The notes beneath the pieces were generated by a model, which was given only the letters and a program-made list of their open reading frames with translations, made no database searches and had not been told where the DNA came from. Below are positions 36,851 to 47,220 of a stretch of 64,000 nt of DNA, one piece after another. The stretch is from Marsupella aquatica (lineage: Eukaryota; Plantae; Marchantiophyta), in NCBI GenBank assembly GCA_973895155.1, contig OZ316897.1:20984260-21048259 (forward strand), in the 5' to 3' direction. The first letter of the stretch is position 1, and every line of letters starts with the position of its first letter. A program made the position numbers and the translations under genes.

Positions 36851-37881
36851 CCGGCCACCCCATCCTCAGCGATCCCACCCTTTTATGTCCATCGGGTTCC
36901 ATTGTCATTTCTCACCCCCGAAAGGCAAGTTTAGAGGTGACGGTTCACCGGCCTACACGACGGTGAGTCGGGATCCACCGGCAACTTTATCGCTTTTCTC
37001 AGTCCTTCGTTCCCCCCTGTCTGCTCGTTTTTGTGTTCTCTGTTGTTGCACCAAAAAATTCAACATCCTCGAAGACTGTCTATCAGTAGCGATGCAGTCC
37101 CGATGAAGTGTCGGTAGCGATTGTAGTCCCGATGCAGGTCTGATGAATGTATTTCAATTGCTGGCCATGTCGCTCAGGCAGAGCCAAGCTTACTGCCACA
37201 TATTTGTCGATGCAATATTAAACCAGATTACGTTGTGGTTGAAGCTTTAATTCAGTGAGGAGAAACAGCCATAGCTAGCGGCACCAAAAGAAAGGAAGCG
37301 AGAAAGAGCAAAGGCAAGAATCCAACTCTCGAGAACGAAGGTGAGAAAAGTGCTTCAGTTATCTTGATCTTCGTCAACGTTTTTTGATCAAATCTGCATG
37401 AAGAACATTGCTCTCTCCACTCGTGTCTGCCCACAACGCCACGGATGCCCGAACATTCGCCTGGCGCTCCACTTATGTATTTTCTGTGTTCGTTTCCGTG
37501 TAAAGAGGCACCGCTGCGTTTCTTCTCCACCTTCTCTGGCTGTTTGCGAATCTTTATTGCTCTGTCCACTTCCACCATTCAAAGACTAGATTGTACTTGA
37601 ATACCTCGTTTTGCAATACCGTTTCCTTGTCATAAATCTTACACTTAATCTCTGGTACTGTACTCTAGCTTGTCATTGATATCCTGATTACAGCCGTTTC
37701 TCAGCCATCTACTTCTCAATTGATTTTGTTGACGATGCAAATTTGGCAGTTCCAATTTGCCTACGATTGCTGAGAGATGTTACAAAATACCTCATGACAG
37801 TTGGATGTACCCCTAGGAGCACAGCCCGTCAACATGCTTGTTTCTAATATTTCTTCTGTTTTGGTTTTTCTTGTGTTAGAA

Positions 37882-39287
37882 ATGGACACCGATGTTGCTC
37901 CAGGTGAAATGGATGTGGACAACCATTCAAGCACATCAGATTCTTCTGCAGGTCAACATGAGGGTGGTGTGGGTTCAAGTTCCAATCTGTATTGTATTGC
38001 TGCCTTTGCCAGTACGACAATGGCCATGACTGTTTCAATAGTTTGTGTGTTGATTCAACTTTTACTAAACCAACATCATCAACCAAGGTCAGACAACATG
38101 TCTGAGCAGGTATTGATACAGTCTAGGAAAAGAAAGAGAGGCGAGGGGACAATTTTATTGTACATTGGCGTTTGCTCAACATGCTTAAAAGCTACCTGAT
38201 CTTTCATAGAGAAATCTTTAATCACTGGTACATAAAACCAAGAACCATTGCATGGTTTAACTTATACAGTGAATTCATCACAACTGATGACCCAAAACGA
38301 TTCAAACAGTTTTTTAGAATGAGTCCTACAACTTTCCGTACCATTTGTGCAATGGTTCATGCTGACATGGTGACCAGGCCTCCTCGTGGATTGAGAGACC
38401 TACCCAATTGTGAACTACTGGTTCAAAGGCAGGTTGCCATTGCATTGAGGAGGTTAAGCACAGGAGATCAGATTCTTGGTATTGGAGAACTTTTTGGAGT
38501 GTCTACTAGCACTATCATCAAGTGCACATGGAAATTTATTAAAGCAATAAATTCTAGCTATAGGCAGGAAATTTGATGGCCAGCTGCTGTTGAGATGGAG
38601 CAAGTGAAGACAGGGTTCTTATAGAAAGGATTTCCCAACTGTTGCGGAGCATTGGATGGAACTCACTTTCCCCTGGAGTTGCCTCTTGGAGAGTGAAGTG
38701 AAGACTATTACGATTGGAAGCATAATATATCTATTACTACACAAGCAATAGTTGACAGCAACTTAAGATTCCTTGATGTTTGCACTGGATGGCCCGGTTC
38801 AGTCCAAGACAATAGACTTCTAAGAAACTCTGGATTTTACCGATCGGTTGTGTATCAGCGGCGGAATTTGAGAGGACCGTTGTACAGGTGTGCAAATGGG
38901 GAAGACCTGAAATAATATCTCTTGGCTGATGCAGGTTACCCACTCTTTGATTGGTTGATCACACCATATCCAAGGGGATTGGATGTACGCCGAGATGAGT
39001 GGAATCACAGGCACTCATCATCTCGCATTGTGGTGGAGAGAGCATTTGGACAGTTGAAAGGTACCTGGAGAATCCTTTCTAGAGTTATGTGGAAGCCCAG
39101 GGTGAATAGAGTTGGTCCTATGGTTTTCTGCTATTGTATTTTGCACAACTTGATGATCCGGTTTGGAGAGCACTTCAATGCTCGAGATATTGTGCCTCCA
39201 CACCCCCGTGGCTATGGAGCTGTTCTAGTTCCAGCACGAGAGGTATTTGAGGGTGGGGAGGAGGCTCGAGATCTACTGTTGACATAA
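37882..39287 (+). pseudogene. Harbinger (HARBI1-like, DDE_Tnp_4) transposase pseudogene
   Basis: FKQFFRMSPTTF, QVAIALRRLSTG...GELFGVSTST, FPNCCGALDGTH, QAIVDSNLRFLDVCTGWPGSVQD, LLADAGYPL, SRIVVERAFGQLKGTWRIL, CILHN. In-frame stops at 38574, 38622, 38694 and 38913; probable frameshift near 38148. Confidence 0.92.
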
Positions 39288-40705
39288 GTGGTTCCTGCAA
39301 TGCCAGAAGTGGTTCCAATTATCCCAAAAGTCCCAAGGCAAGCGCAAATAAGGCTGAGGCTATAGGATCATATATCATTCTACAGTGACTAGAATGATAT
39401 AAATCCTAGACATTGTTTTTGTAATTGTATGTAGTCCATTGGGTTAGCAAATAGAAGGATAGCGGTTACTCTAGATGCCATTTGCGAGAGTTACAATAGT
39501 CACCTTCGAAGGTGACTTAGTTGCGGTCAATGCAGAGATGACTCACTTGCGAGCTGACTCTGGATTCCCCGGGTTGTGATACTATTCGTAAACTCTGGAG
39601 ATGCATGGCAATGGGCCTTCCTTAAATTGATCTTCTCTTGTTGTGAATCTGATTGAACATTGTCACCTAATGAGCATGCTCTCAATTCTATTGCATATGC
39701 ACTGTTTCTTGGTGTGGACTTTAGGTGAGAACCAGCGGACTGACTTCCATTGGTAATTATTTTATTTCCTCAATGGTCTTTCTAAAAATCATATATGGAC
39801 CAGCCTTGAAATAGCGTGTAGTCCTAGTACAGGAAATTTAGAGTTGTGTGTAATTTAGATGGGAAGGGGTCCTCGTAAGCTCTTATGTCGATTCGCTTTG
39901 GAAAGGGTGGACATTATCATCGTAAGTTCTTATCTCAATTTGCTTTGGAGAGGCTTGTACCCGGAAGAGTACAAGTTTAAATCTCCCCTCTGGAATCTAG
40001 GACAGTCGAGGAGATGCCAGAGGGGAGAGGGTCCTGTTAAGTCTTTCTTGTAGTTGGTGGTCTAGTTCGAATGAATGAATTACGTTGTCAATTAGATCTA
40101 TCTTGCAAGTTGTCTGATTGCAAAACGACCCAAATGGACTCAGAAGTTGGAGGCTAGTTGGATTAGGGCTGGGGTTTTGCTTGGGGTTCGTTTCAAGAAA
40201 TAATCGGGCCACTGAATTACGTCAGTTGAAGGGCATGAAGATATTGGATAATCTTTCTACATATTGTGAAGAATAATTGTTTCCACTAAGTATAATCCAT
40301 CCTTCGAAACTCATAGAAGCAGGAGGAGGAGCAAAGCTGCTGAAGTAATTAATTGAAGACCATTACTGTGGGGATTTTGCTGGTGGAAGGCCTATGGAGA
40401 AAGCCCGGTCTAGGAATCTTCAGTGCGATCAATTCAAGGTTGCATAAGAACTCTGTGGGTCCAGTCACAAGATAGTCGATCCTGCACCAACGGTAGTTTA
40501 ACAGTCCACAACACACAGATTCTTTAACAACACACAGAGTCTTTAAGAAGACATAATTCCCCAACGACCATTCCTCAAATTTAGTATGCGTTCTAGACAT
40601 AGGAGATAGTCATCGAATGAAAGCTAATTATGGTCATTTAAATAGGACATCATCTTGAAAAAGTTATTATGATCTCCTGAGCTAGTAGTCCTACTAGTGC
40701 CTCCC

Positions 40706-41752
40706 CTATGACATCGTTTTGCTCATCTCAGTAGCAAAAAACTTGAAGGATGAGGAAACATCACGTAAAGCTCCAGAAATTTCTCCTGACATTTTCTCTT
40801 GCATGTTCACCGTCTCCGTGTGCTTCTTCAAGTCATTCTGAGCCATGACCAAGTGTTTCTCTTTTCCCAATCCAGAAGTGCCTTATCGCTCAATTCCCTT
40901 TGTTCTGCTTGTGAAGCCATTGCTTTGATCATCTCTTCATTGGCATACTTGAAATGGTCATCAAGCCTGTCTTTCCTGGATTTTTTCAGCAAGCGTCCAT
41001 GTGCAGCAGGGTGATCCGGGACTGCATTCGACTCTGAATTCTCTTCTCTAGTGGGTAGTTGATCCTGCTCACCATCCCTCTCACCATTTACTGGTTGTGT
41101 ATCAACTGCACTTGCAGCTGGACGAGTCCCTCCTGAAGTTGATGAGGGTTGCTCTTCATCCAAAGAACTATCTACCAGTTGCTCAGGGTCGGGTTGTACT
41201 GCTCATCTACCAGGCACCCAACATTCCATTAATCTATAGACCTCGTTGTCATATTGTGGAGGGAGATTGAAACGTTTCCTATCTTCAGAGCCCATCTCAA
41301 AATAGCTAGCCAAGCTCACCAGAAGGAGGCCTTCTTTGGTAATCAAAAATTTTCTTGAAATCAGTCATCAACTTCTCCCATTTCTTCCGGATTAATGCTT
41401 GCTTCCTATTAAAGCCATACTTGAGTAGGCTTGCAGTGACAATCTTCCACCGGGCATCAGCGGATTTAATCCTGTCACGTGGAGTGTCCATAAAGCTTCG
41501 CTCGTACTCGTCCTTCTTTAATGAAAGCAACAATCTCAATTCTGCCATTTTCCATCTCTGAGCTTGTGTGTTGGATACTATACTTGGAACCCCCACTGAA
41601 AAGGCCTGTGACTCAGTGGCAGGTTGGGTCTCATTGGTAGGAGCTGGTGTTATGGAAGGAGTTGGTTGTGTGTAGAATACCCCAGGCATCGGTGTTGAAC
41701 ATTCGCAGCTCATTGCTTCAGAAGTTGACGAGTTTGCAGGAGTCGTCGCCAT
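40706..41752 (-). pseudogene. Harbinger Myb/SANT-like (trihelix) DNA-binding protein pseudogene
   Basis: RWKMAELRLLLSLKK...ARWKIVTASL...RKKWEKLMTDFKKIFDYQ trihelix. The frame resumes after a 4-bp duplication (TAGCTAGC, 41303-41310) as YFEMGSEDRKRFNLPPQYDNEVYRLM. In-frame UGA at 41203-41205, second frameshift near 40857, predicted coiled-coil C-terminus ending at 40706. Confidence 0.85.
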
Positions 41753-43981
41753 TGTCTTGTAATCAATTGATTCTTGATCCTGTCAATTTGCGAGAAAGAC
41801 ATCAATATGTACGGAGCGACAAAAATGTGAGTAGTAGCAGAATTGTCAAGATTTCCTTCCGACAGCTTGAGAAAATGTTGCAACAATCGTAATGCTACCC
41901 GACAATTAATACAATGAAGATTGTTGTGCGCCAATCTTGAACCAAATGCTTGAATGTACCAAACATGGGAACTGATTGGCAAAACAAATGAGACCTCACA
42001 AACATCGAGTGAGAAAATGAGAGACTCAAGTTCTGCATCAACACAACAAACCACGAGCGGCAACGGAATGCCAATGAGCTGTAACAATTGTAGGAGAAGA
42101 ATTACTTGAAGGAGAAACTCAGTAGCAGCACAAATGTTCTGAAATCTATGGAAACGTAGCACCGTTGCGCGCTCCAGTGGGAGCTGCTCAGGAAAAATGT
42201 CCAGCAAAATTTGGAATTCAAGAGTGTTGCTGCAAATGATTTCACTTCCAGCCTGCAACTGATACTCAATTCGAAAGGCACACAATCTCTCCAAGTGACA
42301 TCCATGATCAGGCGAATCTGTGCAATTGGCCGTGACATTTCATGGGCGCGAGAGGAGAACATTGACATTGAAAGAGACTTCTGCTGTCAAAGCGCCGTCG
42401 AAGCGACACTTCATCAGTCACAAAACAGGCTGCTGCAGGTAAAAGGTTCTCTACAACCGACTCCACCGGTCAGAAAAAGGGTGGAACCGAGAACCGGAAG
42501 GGCCTCGCTGCCTTCCCATTTGGCCATTTGCTCAAGGGTGACCCCCAAAATGGCAAACGTCCGTCATTGGCTCCGACAATCTTGGAGAGGGTCACGCAAG
42601 GGGGGTAGGCCATAAAGGAGGGTGAATGGAACACAACCCTAAAGGTGCCACTATGCACTCTTTCCACATCCAACCCTCCACTCTCCCCACAGCTTGCACA
42701 ATCCTTTAAATCCAATTGTTAGACAGTCAGATCACTTTGCTAACCTCCACAGTGCGACTGCCTGGTCACCTCACTTATGTATGACCAACACTTCTGCTCA
42801 ATGTCCATTACCATCCACATTACTGTGCAAGTCGCAAGCAGTGGGCTAATCTGTAACTATATACTCGAAAGCTACTCTCAATGCCTACTGTCTGGAGTGA
42901 AGCCTTGGTGTGGGAGGGGTCATAACTGAAAGTGGGGGTGCTTTTAGTACACAGGGTTTGGAGACTAATCTTGATTAAAATGAATAGTAAGGAATCTATT
43001 TTTGGCAAGGCTTTTCTTTCCTCGCCTCTATGAGAAAATGAAAATAAAGCCTGAATGGAACAAGGGGTTTGCTCTAAAGCCCCCACAGATTTCCAAAGCT
43101 GGGATGGACTGACTCGGAACATCAAAATCTGCTCAAATAACACTGTTGACAATTTTGACTCATATGTGACCCGATAAGCCACTGCTCATGCAAACTACTC
43201 AGGAGTCCTTCATAAAAGTGAAGAGTACTTTCCCAAAGTGGTAAGTTGGTGCTCGTGCCCAAGTACTGAGGGCGTTCTTCACAAAAGTGAAATGTCCTTT
43301 AATTGACGATTACTTAATAATATTTTACCATTTTTGCAATCATCAGTGATGGACCAAATGGTTTCAGACAAAATTAAACCTTGTCAGGTAATGGATTGGA
43401 CATTAGAGAACAAGCTGGAAAATTTTGAGCTGCAATATATAGAGATCCAAAAGTTGCTTAAATAAATGCACAAAATTGCTAAAAACTAGCATTTCACAGT
43501 TTGGTCGAGACCCTGGAAAATCTACTCAGGCCGTCCTTCTCAAAAGTCAGCGTCCTTCTTAAATAGCTCACTGATGTGGATTTTGGGTGTAAAGTGAAGC
43601 AGTGTGTGTCAACAGTCCATGGGGATAAGCAAGGACAAACCCCTGAGTCCATCCGGGCTTAACTTTCATGAGAAACAGGAGATGTAAGTCATTCATGAAA
43701 ATGAATAGTAGGGAACATACAAGGTTTTTTTTCCCCTCAGCTCTAATGAAAACGGTAGTCGTCACGCTAGCAATAAGTAAAACCAAAAAGCGAGCCAACA
43801 CCCACACCCATCCAGGTCGACAACCAGCCACATGGAAATAGTCCCTAGGAGACTAGGAGTGTCAAAGCTTTTGTCGTGACCCGTAGCTACAGCAGTCCTC
43901 CACTTTGTCATTGGGCACAAGTTTGTTGCTACAGTGAACTGCAATCAAACAAGCGATATGTATACGTTACCCCCGACGCAC

Positions 43982-44115
43982 GTACACAACGTACCGGACA
44001 TTCATACATCTATCACATCGCATTATCGTACATTATGTAATCGTATTGTACGAGTACAATGATCAAGATTTGTACAGTACAAATTGTCGTGGCCGTAGGG
44101 TGAGTACCGAGTACT
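43982..44115. promoter_or_regulatory. Cluster of nine GTAC cores
   Basis: GTAC at 43982, 43991, 44028, 44048, 44054, 44072, 44077, 44104 and 44111. Regulatory function is inferred only. Confidence 0.4.
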
Positions 44116-44199
44116 ATTGCAGATCGAGGAAATGAGGAGTTTTCAGTTGAAACAATCGAATTGCAATCGAATTTTGCGGAGATGGAACGATTGTGTAAA

Positions 44200-44745
44200 T
44201 GAAATCGAGTAATAACCTGCAGAACCATGACGAAAGCGCACATTATTGAATTAATGCAGACATTGCTTGAACGACGTTCACAATTTGGCGGACGAATAAT
44301 GGACACTGAACGACTGAGGCAATGAAGTCGAGTAATAGTCAGCAGAACTGCGACGAAAGCGCATATTAATTAATTAGTGAAGACGTTGCCTGAACGACGT
44401 TCACAGTTTGGCTAATGAATGGAAACTGAAAGATGGAGGCAGTGAAATCGAGTATACTCAGCGGAACGGCGACGAAAGCGAATATTAATGAATTAATGAA
44501 GACATTCACAGGCTGGCGAATGAAGTATATTGACGATTGAGTCAATGAAATCGAGAAATAATACGCAGAACGATGACGAGCGCTAACATTCATTAATAAT
44601 GAAGGCATGGTTTGAGCGACGTTCACAATTTGGCGAACGAATGGACAAAGAACATTTGAGGCAAGGAAATCGAGTCAGCCGCAGAACGACGACGGGAGCG
44701 CAACCTCATGAAGACCTCGCTTGACGGACGTTCCCAATTTCACAA
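44200..44745. repeat. Array of ~5 diverged ~120-bp units with conserved blocks
   Basis: GAA(A/G)TCGAG at 44201, 44324, 44444, 44547 and 44666, each followed by GC(A/G)GAAC-N3-GACG and (CG)ACRTTC(A/C)CA. Confidence 0.85.
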
Positions 44746-45920
44746 TCGTCCTGCACTCCGACTCGTCCAGTACAGCAACGGCGGAGAGGAGAACAGACAG
44801 AACTAGTTGTAGTACATCAGTGCTTTCTCGTACAGCAGCTACTACAATCTCGTCTCCACTTCAGGGTAGAAAAGCGACGGGTCGAACGTGCGAGACGGCC
44901 CGACCTCGGAGTCGCGGACGTGGACTGGACCGGTTGATGGGACTGCACCTACGCAGAGGACAGGGCCAGCGAATTTGTGCTGACCGTAATCTCTTACGGT
45001 GCTCCATCGGTGCTGACCGTAAAGCCTCCATTGAAGTTAGTGTTGAACGCTGTCTGTTGTATGTCCGTCCCAAGCTCGTTGGCTGGATGAATGCTGGCCG
45101 GCCAGACAGACAGACCATAGAAGTCTTCCCGGACCAGAGACTGGACTCACGCTCTTTCTCAGTGCGTCTAATCGCCTACTGCCATTCCTGCTTCTACAGG
45201 GGCCCTCGGACTAGAGCACCGCCCTGATAATCACCATCGATGGGTTAGATTTGTTGCACAGTGGAGGTGAAGTACTGTACTCTGATTCACACAATATTTG
45301 GGATTTGGGAGGGGCATGTGAGGGATCCCACTCAGATCAAACGATTCCATCGTTCTGCAAGGGGGATAGTCACAATGCAATTCGGGAGAAACTATCCGGT
45401 TCCCGAATTGTCGGAGATCTTGGACGAAGGATGTGAGTAGGATCATATTACAGACAACAACATTTTACCTCTGTGATTCTGACTAGCTGGAAATCCTCTT
45501 ACTTCAATCTAGATTCTCCCATTGAAATCGATTCATTTCTGATAGTCGATTCATTTCTGAGAGGGGGTCCCTCACAACAGTGGATACCAGCTGTTCTGAT
45601 TGAGACAGGAATGGGCAGAAGGTGGACGGGAAGAAGCAGAGTGGTGGGCTCGTTAGTCTGCCGTAGGGGCAAGTATTGAGATCAGGTCAATTCATTGGCT
45701 TTCTGATGAAAGCTAGATCTGCTCTAAGCTTCCAGCGATGGTGAATCAAACAGAAATTTGACCACCAAATCCTGAAATTGATCTACAGTGCGGTTTAGCC
45801 AGAAAGGTGAGATTGACGATGAAGACTTTAATTAGTTTTGACTCCCTTAGGCTTCCATGATTTTAAAGGTTTTCTTGCAGATGTGCTTTGTATAATCCTC
45901 ATGGAAGCCTACATCTACTC

Positions 45921-46140
45921 ACTAGCTGGTGTCCAGAACCTCATTCATCATATCTCATTTCACATTTACTGAGCCTCAGTAGAACAAAATAGTCTGGATG
46001 TTGTTGAAAACACCGACGCCCACCTTCCAATGTCATTGTTCCAGAAATCAGCAGGAACCATCTACACAAGACATTACGGGAGAGCCTTTCTATACGTGCT
46101 TATGAAATGAGACATGATGATTATGAGGTTCTGGACTAGT
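45921..46140 (-). ncRNA. Candidate pre-miRNA-like hairpin (strand tentative)
   Basis: Arms 45931-45963 and 46102-46136 pair over 33 bp with one 2-nt bulge. On the minus strand both substitutions are G:U pairs. No known miRNA family recognised. Confidence 0.5.
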
Positions 46141-47220
46141 TGATTGAATTTTACTGCCCTCAACTATACATTGCAACAGTGCTGCAAGAATAAGGTCATC
46201 GGACTTGTCTTCCATCAGTAGCGGACATACAGATAAATGTACCCACTCGATAATTAAACCAGTTGCGAGAGCTTTACCAAGTCGGTTTCTTAGATTGAGG
46301 ACCAGAAGTACCGTCAGAGAATCAAGTAACCATCACAAATCCATGATCGACGTGCGACCCTTTCCAAGTATCCTGGACATCAAATTTGCCTGACAAAGAT
46401 TGATGGAAAGTTTGTGATTCTGAGGAGGCGGTCAGACATGTCTAATTTGGTCTGCCATAAACCACAACTGCAAACCTTTAATATCCCCACATTGGGTGTC
46501 AGAACAAGTCACTGTTCTATCCAGCAGCAGCAACAAAAATGGCTTAACGACACAAGTGGGAGTCAACATCGCTACTGGACGACGCCCTTCAGACAAACCA
46601 TAGACAGGCTATACGCCCCGTGATCCAGCTCGAGATCCGCGCACTTCAAAATAGTTTCAACCCAGCCTATTTTCGTGATGATTGATACAATATGCTACGT
46701 TCACTTCACACGTGAATGAACTTCACACGTGAATGAATCTTCCTCTATGTCCTAGCCAAGTCTAGAGACGGGAGACCCTATACTCAAATCTCATGCAGTG
46801 GGCCATTTGGGAGAAGGCGGTAAACAGAAATGAACTTTACCCATCCCTCAAATCTCATTTGCTTCAGGATTGTCTTGGGAAATCAAAACTGTTACATCTG
46901 CTTGCGGATGTTGTACGCCTAACGTGGTCCAGTGATTTACTGCATCAGTCCCTCTGGCATTTCCTTGTTTGGAGAAAATAAGCAGCCCCTGTCACAAGCT
47001 TCCAGATATATGGCAAGTACTTCGTCAGCGGGCAAGGTACTTGTAAGCCCTTAGTTTCCTTTTTATGAGGGCGCTCAATATGGGGTTTGAAGTTCAAAAT
47101 CTGGATGCCGTAAGGACAATGCCCCTCGCCGCCTAATATGGGTCACTCAATACACGAATGGCTGCTTCGAAAGTCAGTCAGGGAGAGGTTTCGTTTTGGA
47201 AACTAATATGATCAGATATG

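Larger units (their letters stand above)
30274..42639. mobile_element. PIF/Harbinger DNA transposon (defective), ~5.8 kb excluding the nested copia element
   Basis: 22-bp TIRs GGGTTGTGTTCCATTCGCCCTC (30274-30295) and GAGGGTGAATGGAACACAACCC (42618-42639), 21/22 match. TAA TSD at 30271-30273 and 42640-42642. Contains convergent DDE transposase and Myb/trihelix genes. Confidence 0.93.

Noticed and set aside
39370-40600. Possible third ORF in the Harbinger element (minus strand)
   Set aside because: Manual translation gave stops at roughly random frequency and no recognisable motif.
44200-44745. Possible CRISPR-like array
   Set aside because: Eukaryotic context, no cas genes, degenerate repeats, and the linkers are homologous to each other rather than unique spacers.
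44843-44948. Minus-strand peptide AVPSTGPVHV...RL* as a CLE-like signalling peptide
   Set aside because: No CLE consensus, and no in-frame ATG or signal peptide in the putative upstream exons.
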